DNA of 64,000 nucleotides, taken from assembly GCF_009914755.1 (NCBI RefSeq), contig NC_060925.1; one strand, written 5' to 3'. Below are positions 40,051 through 56,284 of this stretch, piece by piece (positions within the stretch are counted from its first letter, which is position 1; every line of letters starts with the position of its first letter). The position numbers were made by a program, and so were the translations under genes. Under the pieces are notes generated by a model that did not search any database, was not told the DNA's origin, and saw only the letters and a program-made list of their open reading frames with translations. Source of the stretch: the human T2T-CHM13v2.0 reference genome, Homo sapiens.

Positions 40051-40301
40051 CCACAGCAGTGCCCGAGAGCTGCGACGCTGCTCTCTCACTGACTCTCCAG
40101 GCTCTGTCGCTGCTGCTGCAACAGCTCTGCAGCCAAGGTCTGCTGACTGTGTTTTGCCTGTGCTAACTCCAGGAGCAGCTGCTCCCAGAGCAGGACCAAC
40201 ACTAACCCCAGTGCTAAGAAAAACTCCAGAGCCTGAGGGACCAGCATATTGGTCGGCTCTTGGAGGGACTCTTACTGTTGCTGGCTCAGTTGGCAGGATA
40301 T
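40051..40301 (-). pseudogene. Decayed LCE coding-exon fossil, type A, copy 2
   Basis: Minus strand cacttccag ctgaactcatgttaagATATCCTGCCAACTGAGCCAGCAACAGTAAGAGTCCCTCCAAG, i.e. (M>I)SCQLSQQQ*; later tgttggtcctgctctgggagcagctgctcctggagttagcacagg resembles the [13 protein letters not shown] coding DNA. Confidence 0.7.
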
Positions 40302-41759
40302 CTTAACATGAGTTCAGCTGGAAGTGAATTCAGCTGAACAGAACACATGTGTAAACTAGAATAAGGCTACTTTTCATTTTCTAAACAATTCTCCTTCTGC
40401 TTGTAAATAATTGGCAAACCCACTAATATTCAGAAAGAAATTCCCCATGTTACCATTTCATGGTTGCTCCTTGACCTTGCTAGGTCAGATTTCAATCCTA
40501 GTCCACCCCCACGCTGGTTGCATTGCTCCATCTTCACACCTAATTCAGAACTATGTACAGAAAGAGTAAAACTATGTAATTCTAAACTTTTGTGCTAGTT
40601 ATAAGATATGCACTCTTATAAGTGTTTCAGGTGTAACTCAACCAAAATAACAATTAATTCACACAATATTGCTGTTAGGAAATTACAGCTATTTTCCACA
40701 CTTCATAGATGAAAAGACAGATGCACAGACAATTTCGGGCACATTTCTAAGGCTTTAAGGCAAGTAACTTGTTCTCAGAATCCAAATCTAGGTGATTTAA
40801 CTACATTCTGTGGTCTCAACAAGTTCTCTGGAGTTAAACTGGGAAGGCATGCACTATTTACTGTGTGTGAAATTCAAACAGCTTATGGTAAGTTCTTCTC
40901 AACAAGCTAGACTTAAAACAGCTATTCCCTTCTTTTCTTGCCTGATATACTAATGTTTCTGTGTTAGTTCCCACACTGCACAAAATGAGCCTCTATTTCT
41001 CATGCCCTCTTCATCCACGTCCCTCCCTCCTTTCTGAAGAATATAGTCACAGTGGGCAGATATTATATTCCTTTCATATCATGTAGTATCCCCAGAGTTG
41101 GCCACATAGTCAACAATACTTGCTGAGTGTGTATAAGAGTGAATTAATAAACTCTGATTATTGAATTTACTAATGGGAGACAGTCCAAGAAAATCCTCAA
41201 ATTGTTTTCTCTTTAGAGATGTTCTTTTCTTTTAATTCATCTGATCATATCCTTCTCTCATTTACTCTTGTAAGAACTGCTTAATAGTTACCTAATTTGC
41301 TCAGCACAGAATTCTTGGAAAAGTTCCTTGCTCCAGGGAATCCTAAGGCATGGATATGCAGTGATTGCAAATAGAATATTTAATTAATGTGCACTATTCA
41401 TCTAACACTGACATTCTTCTAATTCCAATGATTAGAAAGAAATACTGGATATAAATGGACATAGGCAGTGAGGGTGTTGGTGTGTGTGTGTAGTGATCAT
41501 ATGTAATTAACATAATTTTCTCCCATGATAGCCTATAAATAGTGCTGTCTGGGTCATGAAAAACGATGGGTTCAGTCTTGGTTTTGATTAAGAAGTAAGT
41601 GCATAGATATTGCATATAAGAGAGGTACACAGACAATGTTGGCAGGGAATTGGTATGGGAGAGGGATTTAGAAAGCATAGTTATAAATTATCTGGAAAAT
41701 TCATCCCACCAAACAAAATAATTGACAATCTGGACTAGACAGATGGTCTGACATTGTGT

Positions 41760-41798
<39 letters not shown>

Positions 41799-42129
41799 GT
41801 AGTGTATCTATGCTGTGTGTAAACTTGTTGTCAGAAACCTGTTGACATTATACTAAAATAATTGAAATTTTTTTGGTTAAATTTTCTGAACTTTATTCCC
41901 AGCTGTGTGAACTTGGGCTATTTGTTTAGCTCTAGGAGCCTTTGTTTTCTCATTAGTACAGTGGGAATATTAATACCACCTACATCACATGATTAGTATG
42001 AGGATTAAATGAGATAATGTGTATAAAACACTTAAATAATACCTAGAAAAAAATAGATGGTCAGTAAACATCAGTTATTATATTACTTTCTGTTATTTTT
42101 ATCATTGTACACACATGTATGTATGCATG

Positions 42130-42132
<3 letters not shown>

Positions 42133-42170
<38 letters not shown>
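42133..42170. repeat. (CA)n microsatellite, expanded only in unit 3
   Basis: Unit 2 has tatatatacatat at the equivalent site. Confidence 0.9.
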
Positions 42171-42173
<3 letters not shown>

Positions 42174-42732
42174 GGCATTTGACCCAAAAGCACAACTCCA
42201 CTCAACCTATACCTCAGGGAAAGATGGGGAAGTAGGTAGACCTGAATTGGCTAGGGTTTTGCAGAGAAACAGAAGAGAGAGATAAATTTATTTTAAGAAA
42301 TTGGCTCATGAGATGACTGTGTGGGCTGGCAAGTCCAAAATCTTGGCTGGAAATTCAGATAACAGTTGATGTTGCAGCATTGAGTCTAAATTCTGCAACG
42401 CAGTAGTCTGGAAACAGGCAGAGTTTCTACATTGCAGTCTTGAGGATAATTTATTCTTTGGGAAACCTCAGTGTCCATTATTAAAGACTGCAGCTGATTG
42501 GATGAGGCTCATGTTAGGGAAGATAATCTGCTTACTCAGTCTACTGATTAAATACTTACAGAGAAACATGTGGATTGCTATTTGATCAAACAACTGGGTA
42601 ACACAGCATAGCCTGGGCAAAATTAACCATCACAGAGACTGAGAGGATACATGGAGGTCACTGGAGATATGACCCAAGAGACAGAAGAGGGTCAACAGTG
42701 ACGAGGACACACTAAGAACATGCCATGATGGT

Positions 42733-43118
42733 TTTATTTTCACTTAGGATAAAGGCAAATTTCTGGACAGACCTTTGGAGAATATTGGGAAAACAGAAGC
42801 TTCTACCTGGTAACCCCATGGTAAGCCCAACAAAGCTGTGATGTTAGGAGGACTGGAGAAAGGGAGTGCAGCATGCGGCTGAGGAGGCCCTTGGCCTTCG
42901 CACTTTGGTTTCACAGAAGTGTAGTCAGTACAGCACGGACAAGGCTGCTGACCACTGCACAGTAGCTGGAGCTCTGGGGACTGGTGATTGCTGCAGCTTC
43001 TTCCTATGCAGGGGTCACACAAGAAGATTCGGAGGTGAACATGGGCTGTGCACTGGAGTGGCACTGTGGAGGGCCCTTTGAAGGCATTGGCATTGCTGGT
43101 GGTTTTTTGGAAAGGTAT
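42733..43118 (-). pseudogene. Decayed LCE coding-exon fossil, type B, copy 3 (promoter and exon 1 deleted)
   Basis: ATA 43118; ccagtgcacagcccatgttcacctcc; caccagtccccagagctccagctactgtgcagtggtcagcag; TGA 42925; AATAAA 42733. Confidence 0.65.
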
Positions 43119-46100
43119 CTGAGTTTCAGAATGAATTGAATAATAAGTCAGATAAATTAGAGCCAGGACGGGCATAATTTTGCCCTTTTAAACCTATTCT
43201 TGGTGTGCTGGCAGACAGTTTATAAAATACATTTGTATCGAATTAGTACCTATGAAGAAACGTATAACCCCAAGTTAAAAGTGTTAGAACTGACATGCTT
43301 AAAAACAGAATTAATGCTAAATCAATGTCAATTCTGTCTCTCATTTCATTTCATATCTACGTACCCACTTCCTACCTACAGTATTTCATGAGCTTTAAGA
43401 GGCTATCAATTGTAAGGGACACCCTTATTTCATGCACCACAAGGAAAGAAAAAAATGCTGCAAATTCAACAATTACGTGCCACCAATCATATGGTATATA
43501 CTGATTTAAGGGCTGTTAACAAGTATTAGAAGACTGTATCATGGAATTGATGAATTAAGATAAGTATAAAACCGATCCACTTTAGGTCATATAAATATGT
43601 ATGTAAATACTAGACGGGCCAATTCTTGCTTTGCCCAGAACACCCCTCTGCTGTGCTCCTCCCTATCACTATGTCTAGCACTAGACACTGCTAGACAGTA
43701 TTGACAAAAAAGATCAAAAGGCCTACAAAGATATGGTACAGGAAAATTTTGGATTGGTCAATCTATTAAATAAAGGGAGACAAATAAAAAGACATGGTAA
43801 GGCTTTTTCTTGTACTGTAGATAAAATAAAGTTCCCACATTTGGTAGGGAGTATTTTTCTGGAATATATGGAGTTTAAGTTCCCAGGGAGACAAATCAAG
43901 GAGCTACTTGGAGAGACCAGCCTGCAGGAGAGTGACTTGCCAGATGACATGAACTTCAGATGAAATGTTTGAAGTCACCCGCAGGGCATTCTTCTCATGA
44001 CACCTACATGCTCGTCCATGTGGTCCTAAAATGATGCACTGATCCTGCCAACACTCATGTGGCAATTAAGTATGTGGGTGGTCCCTGAGGGAGCATGGGC
44101 AATGTGACCCACTGGGTCTCCTGGCTCAGAGAGATCACACATGATGATGTGAAGACTGTGGAGACAGAAGCAAGAATATCTATAGTCAGGTGTTTCTTCA
44201 CTGACTTGTGAACCAATTCCCACCATTTTTTGAGATATAAAGGGAAAAAGTGGGCATGTTAAAGAGCTGTTTATCTCCCAGTTCTGGTTTCCCAGAGGGT
44301 CGGTTCCCATTAGTCCTTCCATTGCTTATTCAACCACTCAATACAGATGCTCATGTATGTGCATGTTCATTTCACCTGCACTTTTATATGAATACAGCAT
44401 ACATGCACACAGTGCATACATGCACACAGTGCACACATGCACACACACACACAGGCTTGCCTCCCCTATTTCCTCACTTACAACATTGTAACAAATATCT
44501 TTGTCAAAGAGTATGAGGAAGCTGAGGGTGATATCACCATGAAGACAGTGGAATGAACTAACATCTTTTAAACACATTGGGAAATAGTGACTCAGGAGGT
44601 TCAGGCCTCAAACATCATCTTCTTTGGTATCCAGTTTGTCTGCAGTCATCTTCAAAAAGGCCACTAAATTCTACAGTCTTTGAGGTCATGGGCTACTTAT
44701 TGTTCACCTCTATATCCCTATGTTTGGACATACATGCTCCAAGAATGTTGTAGGCTTTCAAAGAATGCCTTTTGAATTCACTGCTCTAATCACACTGTGG
44801 ACTTAGTTTATCCTTGAGGTAAAAGCTCTCTGAGAACAGGACTCGGGTCTGAAAATAGGACTGTGTAAATAGGTGAATAGAATCCCTCAGGTAGAAGCAG
44901 ACAATGGGAAACTATGCTTTCTACCTAACCACCCTCCACCACCAAGTAAACATTAGGCAATGTCAAGGCACGGTCTGTTTCTGTTTTAATCAGAGGTGTG
45001 AATAACTATCTTTTTCAATTCTAATTTCAACATCTTCATTGAGCCATAATTCACTTATTATACAGCTCATTTATTTAAAGTGTTAATTCAGTGGGTTTCA
45101 ATATATTCATAGAGTTGGACAATCACCACCAAATTTTAGAACATTTTCATTACTCCACAAAGAAAACCTATATCCATTTGTTGTAATTTTCTAATTTCTC
45201 CCAGCCTGCTAAAGTACCTGGAAGCCACTGATATTTCCTCAGAGGATGTGCACAAAAGTAAAAGGCGATACAGGGAACAGAATCTTGTCCAGGCTCTGGT
45301 TCCTCAGATGCCCTAAGTCAGCTCTTCAGGCGTCCAGCCTGAGAGAGGCTGTAACTGGCTAAAGCCTCATTCCCTTTCTAGTTCTACAGATTTGCCTACT
45401 CTACACATTTCATATAAATAGGATCATAAGAAATGCAGTCTTTTGTGGTTGGCTTCTTCCATTTAGCGTAAGGTTTTCAAAGTTCATCCTCCATATATCT
45501 GTTTAAAATAAGTGAATAAATGAATGGGTAACTCTGTCTAGTGCAACCCTGAATCAGAACTCTGAGTAAGTAGACCCCTTTCTGACCCTCTACTTCATGA
45601 TAGGAAAGGAATTCCCTCTCCACAGAAGCCACAATAAATGATGTCTACTTCCTAAGGGAGTTTTCAAATAAACTGTCTTGTAAGGGTTCTATATGGACAA
45701 TGAATGCCACATAAGACCTGGGTAAGTATCCAATACATGGCATTAGTTTTTCTTTTAAACACATATTTATTAAGGGTCTATCAAGCACATAGTGTCACAC
45801 TAAGCTCTTTCTTACTTCTCATTTAATATTAAAAACAGCTCAGTGAGATAAGTATACCTGGTTTATAACGGCCATTACATATGAGAATTGATACTCATTG
45901 TGAGTATCATAGTGACACTCTAGCAATTGTTGATAATTGTTGTAGCAATTTCCAGAGATCACTCAGTTATCATATGCAAGTTTTCTGATTCCAGTAGCAC
46001 ATTCAATACAATTCCTCCGACTAAGGGCAATGTTTTGATTTTAGAGGGAATTGTTTATTCTCAATCATATTCTTTGCTCTAGACCACAGAATCAACTCAG

Positions 46101-46541
46101 ATTTAATCCACTGAATCTGCTGGCCATGGTGAGTTGGAGGAAAAGCAGAAACACAGAGGCCAGGAGGAAGGGCTGAGAGCCTAGGCAAGGGAGGGATGCC
46201 TAGAAAAAGCCAAGGCTGTAGAAGCCCCCTGGGATGGCTGGATCCACAGCAGGACATGGAAGAGAAACTGCTCAGGGTGGAGGGAGTCATAATGGAACAT
46301 TTCCACAAGGTCAGGGAAAGCTGTGGCTCAGAACTGATGTTTCCTCAGAGGACACGAATACAAAAGATGCAGGGAACAGGATCTTGTCCAGGCATGGGTC
46401 CCTTGGGTAACCTAAGTTAACTCATTAGGGTTCCCACCTGGTGGAGGCTCTGACTGGCTAAAGCTTCTCTAGACCGCAGCCCCAGAGAGGAGTCCTGGAA
46501 GCTCCTGAGGCCTCTTTGGATTGCAGGGACTAGGAGGCAGG

Positions 46542-46700
46542 AGAATGTCAGGAATGACCCAGCACGTGCCTGGTTGTGCAAAAGCCACCTCCTCCTCTTT
46601 CCAGAGCCAAGCCTGGGCCCTATAAAAGACACATCCAGCTTCAGCACCTCATCTGCTCTGACTCCCCAGGGACGTGTCTGTGCTCCTGCGTGTGACCAGG
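46542..46700 (+). promoter_or_regulatory. LCE2B: LCE2B promoter and non-coding exon 1
   Basis: agaatgtcaggaatg 46542; CACGTG; TATAAAA 46621; donor GT 46701; acceptor 47367. Confidence 0.88.
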
Positions 46701-47387
46701 GTGAGTGGCAACCTGGGATACCAGAGGGGTATGAGCAAGGCAGAGGGATGGGGAGGATGGAGGTAGGCTGGAGAAAGAGTTGTGTGCTTGTGTTCTGCCA
46801 TACTGAGGAGGAATGGGACTCAGTCTGCCTCGAATCTGTTGAGGCTGTGAGGCCTACCGGAGGTCGTATAGGTGGGGAAAGCTAACTGTGCACATCTTTT
46901 CCAATTCTGTGTTCAGTGACTTCATGTTGGTAACTTCAAAACTGCTGTGTTGGGCATATTTACACCATGGAAACTGGCAAATACTTCAAGCCAGGCTCTT
47001 TTATCTGGAGGTTTCATTGCAAAATCTTTTTCCAGAGGACCTCCTGGTGTGTCCTGCAACACGCAGCTGGTCCTTAGGGCTTGTATTAAGGGAATCGGTA
47101 CTTCATGGAGTGTGAATACTCTATTCAGGCTTGTGAGGATAGAGTAATCTCAGCTTCCCCTGAAAGGAAGAATACGAAGCTCATTCGGTTGGTTTTTTAA
47201 TGTATGTGCTTTTATTTAGAGGAAAGATTCAAGTTGTTTCTTTCAGGTTACTGATGTGACTGTATGATCTAAATATCATTCTTCTTCTACACATGCATTG
47301 ATTTTAGAAGAGGTATAATATGATCCTTGGTTTGAAATATTTAAAGAGTTTCATTATTATCTTTCAGGTTGACTAAACTCTGCCAGG

Positions 47388-47720
47388 ATGTCTTGCCAGC
47401 AAAACCAGCAGCAGTGCCAGCCCCCTCCCAAGTGTCCTCCCAAGTGTACCCCAAAATGTCCACCTAAGTGTCCCCCTAAATGCCTGCCCCAGTGCCCAGC
47501 TCCATGTTCCCCTGCAGTCTCTTCTTGCTGTGGTCCCATCTCTGGGGGCTGCTGTGGTCCCAGCTCTGGGGGCTGCTGCAACTCTGGGGCTGGTGGCTGC
47601 TGCCTGAGCCACCACAGGCCCCGTCTCTTCCACCGGCGCCGGCACCAGAGCCCCGACTGCTGTGAGAGTGAACCTTCTGGGGGCTCTGGCTGCTGCCACA
47701 GCTCTGGGGGCTGCTGCTGA
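47388..47720 (+). CDS. LCE2B: Late cornified envelope protein 2B (110 aa)
   Basis: Diagnostic CLPQC, GPISGG and CCNSGAGG; AATAAA 47918. Confidence 0.96.
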
Positions 47721-48979
47721 CCTGGGCTAAGAAGAACTCTTTGGACAGAATGTTTAAGAACCTCCTACAGCCTGATGCTTAACCCTTTCCATTTCCTCTC
47801 ATTCCATTCATGGGTGGACAGCGACCACAAAGACTCATGGGGCTTCCCTGGGAGAACTTTGCACTTGATGGAGCACCTCAATTGCAGGTTTTGTTTTCCT
47901 CCTTTACCTCATGTTATAATAAAGCTCTGATTTCTGACTCACAAATTGTCTTGGTCGTTCTCTTCTCTTCTGAGATTTCAAACGTCGTCCAAAGGTCAGG
48001 GCCTCAGAGAAATTCTCTTCATGGGTCAAGGACAGGACCTGAGTAGGTGATACATGAAAAGCTGCTCCAAGGAACTGATTCCCTCAAATGCAGGGTGGAT
48101 GGAGCTCGAAGAGGGTCACCTCTGGCTATGGCAGCTTTGCCTTTCTCTCCACTAAGCCAGACACATGTTCTAATTTTCTGTGTATTCCAGACATTGGGAA
48201 GGTTGGGAAGCTCTGTAGACTTGTTCTTCTCTAGGGAGAAGAACACATCTCTATGAAGCAAAACTTCCCTGCTGTTAGAATCAATAGTCGGATAAAATGC
48301 TTGAAATGCATGTTGAGACCCTTCCTTCTGCAAAGTACAGCCCACAGTCACTGAACTCCTTCTCAGGGAGGGTGAGTCTGGTTAAGATCAGCCCATTGAC
48401 TTGCTGCCTCAGACACCTAGCTTCAGTTCCTCAAAGTGTTAGATCTGAGTCCCAGGATGCTGTCCTGCCACTTGGCCTATGTGTTGGGCAGGTGAGTGAT
48501 GAGTGATGGAGATATTTATTAGAAAAAACATGGAGGTCCCACTTTGAAAATACAACGAATTTATGGTACACGACACTGTAGGGAAGATTAGACGTTTCCT
48601 CCTTCAATACTAACCTTCTTTGTCCAGCCACCCTCAGATGTGAGGGGGGAGAAGTGCCAGGATGGTTGGGGGATCTTTAGTATTAATGGGAGAAGGGGAG
48701 AGAAGCAGGGAAACAGCAGGGGAAATAAGGACTAGTGCTTCTTAGGTTCAGGCTGACAGGTGTCAACATGAAGATAATGGATTCAGCGAAGAGAGAATCT
48801 GACAGAGATGGAGACTGTTATTAAGATGTTCAGCTGCCTCCTCATCCTTGCAGCTGCTAAGAAAAACACCTAGCTCTTTAACCAGTCTGAGATTCTGTAC
48901 TCTCTGTGTTTTAAATTAGCCTTTGCACTGAGTCATTTTATTTGATGTAATGCTCTTTATTATTTTTGCCAGTCTCATT

Positions 48980-51929
48980 TTATTTTATTTTTTTTACTTA
49001 AGTTCTGGGATACATGAGCTGAATGTGCAGGTTTGTTACATAGGTATATATGTGCCATGGTAGTTTGCTATGTCTATTAACCCGTCATCTAAGTTTTAAG
49101 CTCCACATGCATTACGTATTTGTCCTAATGCTCTCCCTCCTCTCACCTCCACCCCCAATATGCCCCGATGTGTGATGTTCCCTGCCCTGTGTCTATGTCT
49201 TCTCATTGCTCAGCTCCCACTTATTAGTGAGAACATGCGGTGTTTGGTTTTCTGTTCCTGTGTTAGTTTGCTGAAGATGATGGTTTCCAGCTTCATCCAT
49301 GTGCCTGTAAAGGACCTAAACTTATTCTTTTTATGGCTGCATAGTATTCCATGGTGTATATGTGCCACATTTTCTTTATCCACTCTATCATTGATGGGCA
49401 TTTGGGTTGGTTCCAAGTCTGCTATTGTAAATAGTTGTGCTATAAACATAAGTATGCATGTCTTTATAGTAGCATAATTTATAATCCTTTGGGTATATAC
49501 CCAGAAATGGGATTGCTGGGTCAAATAGTATTTCTGGTTCTATATCCTTGAGGAATCACCACACTGTCTCCCACATGGGTGATCTAATTTACAGTCCCAC
49601 CAACAGTGTAAAAGCATTCCTATTTCTCCGCATCCTCTTGAGCATCTGTTGTTTCCAGACTTTTTAATGATCGCCATTCTAACTGGTGTGAGATGGTATC
49701 TCATTTTGGTTTTGATTTGCACATCTCTAATGACCAGTGATTATGAGCTTTTTTTCATATGTTTGTTGGCCGCATAAATGTCTTCTTTTGAGAAGTGTCT
49801 GTTCAGATCCTTTGCCCACTTTTTGATGGGGTTGTTTGTTTTTCTCTTGAAAATTTGTTTAAGTTCCTTGTAGATTCTGGATATTAGACCTTTGTCAGAT
49901 GGATAGATTGCAAAAATTTTCTCCCACTCTGTAGGTTGCCTGTTGACTCTGATGATATTGTCTTTTGAAAAGATTAACAAAATAGATAGACCACTAGCCA
50001 GACTAATAAAGAATAAATGAGAGAAGAATCAAATAGACACAATAAAAAATGATAAAGCATATATCACCACTGATAACACAGAAATACAAACAAACCACCA
50101 TCAAAGAATAATATAAACACCTCTATGCAAATAAACTAGAAAATCTTGAAGAAATGGATAAATTTCTGGACACAGAAACCCTCCCAACACTAAACTAGGA
50201 AGAAATTGAATCCTTGAATAGACCAATAACAAGTTCTGAAATTGAGGCAGTAATTAATAGCCTACCAAGCAAAAAAAAACCCCAGGAATAGAGAGATTCA
50301 CAGTCGAATTTTACCAGAGGTACAAAGAGGAGCTGATACCATTCCTTCTGAAACTATTCCAAACAATAGAAAAAGAGGGACTCCTCCCTAACTCATTTAA
50401 TGAGGCCAGCATCATCCTGATTTTAAAATCTGGCAGAGACACAACAAAAAAAGAAAATTTCAGGCCAATATCACTGATGAACATCAATGCAAAAATCCTC
50501 AATAAAATACTGGCAAACTGATTCCAGCAGCACATCAAAAAGCTTATCCACCACATTCAAGTCGGCTTCATCCCTGGGATGCAAGGCTGGTTCAACATAC
50601 ACAAATCAATAAACGTAATCCATCACATAAACAGAACTAATGACAAAAACCACATGATTATCTCGATGGATGCAGAAAAGGCCTTTGATAAAATTCAACA
50701 CTGCTTCACGCTAAAAACTCTCAATAAACTAGGTATTGATGGAACATATCTCAAAATAATAAGAGCCATTTATGACAATCCTGTAGCCAATATCATACTG
50801 AATGGGCAAAAGCTGGAAGCATTCCCTTTGAAAACCAGCACAAGACAAAGATGCCTTCTCTCACCACTCCTATTCAACATAGTATCAGAAGTTCTGGCCA
50901 GAGCAATCAGGCAAGAGAAGGAAGTAAAGGTTATTCAAATAGGAAGAGAGGACATCAAATCGTATCTCTTTGCAGATGACATGATTGTATATTCAGAAAA
51001 CCCCATCGTCTCAGCCCAAAAACTCCTTAAGCTGATAAGCAACTTCAGCAAAGTCTCCGGATACAAAATCAATGTGCAAAAATTACAAGCATTCCTCTAC
51101 ACCAATAATAGACAAGCAGACAGCCAAATTATGAGTAAACTCCCATTCACAATTGCTACAAAGAAAATAAAATACCTAGGAATATAACTTACAAGGGAGG
51201 TGAAGGAATTCTTCAAGGAGAACTACAAACCACTGCTCAAGGAAATAAGAGAGGGCACAAACAAATGGAAAAACATTCCATGCTCATGGATAGGAAGAAT
51301 CAATATCTTGAAAATGGCCATACTGCCCAAAGTAATTTATAGATTCAAGCTATCCCCATCAAGCTACCACTGACTTTCTTCACAGAACTACAAAAAACTA
51401 CTTTAAATTTCATATGGAATCAAAAAAAGAGCCCATATAGCCAAGACAATCCTAAGCAAAAAGAACAAAGCTGGAAGCATCAAGCTACCTGACTTCAAAC
51501 TGTACTACAGAGCTACAGTAACCAAAATAGCATGGTACTGGTACCAAAACAGATATATAGACCAATGGAACAAAACAGAGACCCCAGAAATAACATCACA
51601 CGTCTACAACCATCTGATCTTCAACAAACCTGACCAAAAAAGCAATGGGGAAAGGATTCCCTATTTAATAAATGGTGCTGGGAAAACTGGCTAATCATAT
51701 GCAGAAAACAGAAACTCGACCCCTTCCTTACACCTTATATAAAAATTAACTCAAAATGGGTGTTAAAGACTTAAATGTAAAACCTGAAAGTATAAAAACC
51801 CTAGAAGAAAACCTAGGCAATACAATTCAGGACATAGGCATGGGCAAAGACTTCATGACTAAAACAGCAAAAGCAATTGCAACAAAAGCCAAAGTTGACA
51901 AATGGGATCTAATTAAACTAAAGAGCTCA
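48980..51929 (-). mobile_element. Primate L1 (L1PA8-like) with 5' inversion: 3' part on minus (48980-49967), inverted ORF2 part on plus (49963-51928)
   Basis: 12-bp TSD gccagtctcatt at 48968-48979 and 51930-51941; poly-T tail; RT motif LFADDM in ORF 50579-51187; empty sites in units 1 and 2. Confidence 0.93.
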
Positions 51930-52114
51930 GCCAGTCTCATTATTAACTGAAATTTCAAGTCCCTGAACAGTAGTAATTTTGTTCTTCTAAAAACACGTAC
52001 ATTGGCCATTTCTACAAATTTCATAACATGATTTCAAATTTTCTTTTCAATTTTCAAGGGCTCTTGATATATCACAGATATTAAACTTGATCCGCCTTAT
52101 TAAAATATTTAATG

Positions 52115-56284
<4,170 letters not shown>

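Larger units (their letters stand above)
29258..41044 (+). repeat. Tandem segmental duplicon unit 2 (LCE2C), the most complete copy
   Basis: Contains the segments missing from unit 1 (~29838-31111) and from unit 3 (~31936-32830). Confidence 0.9.
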
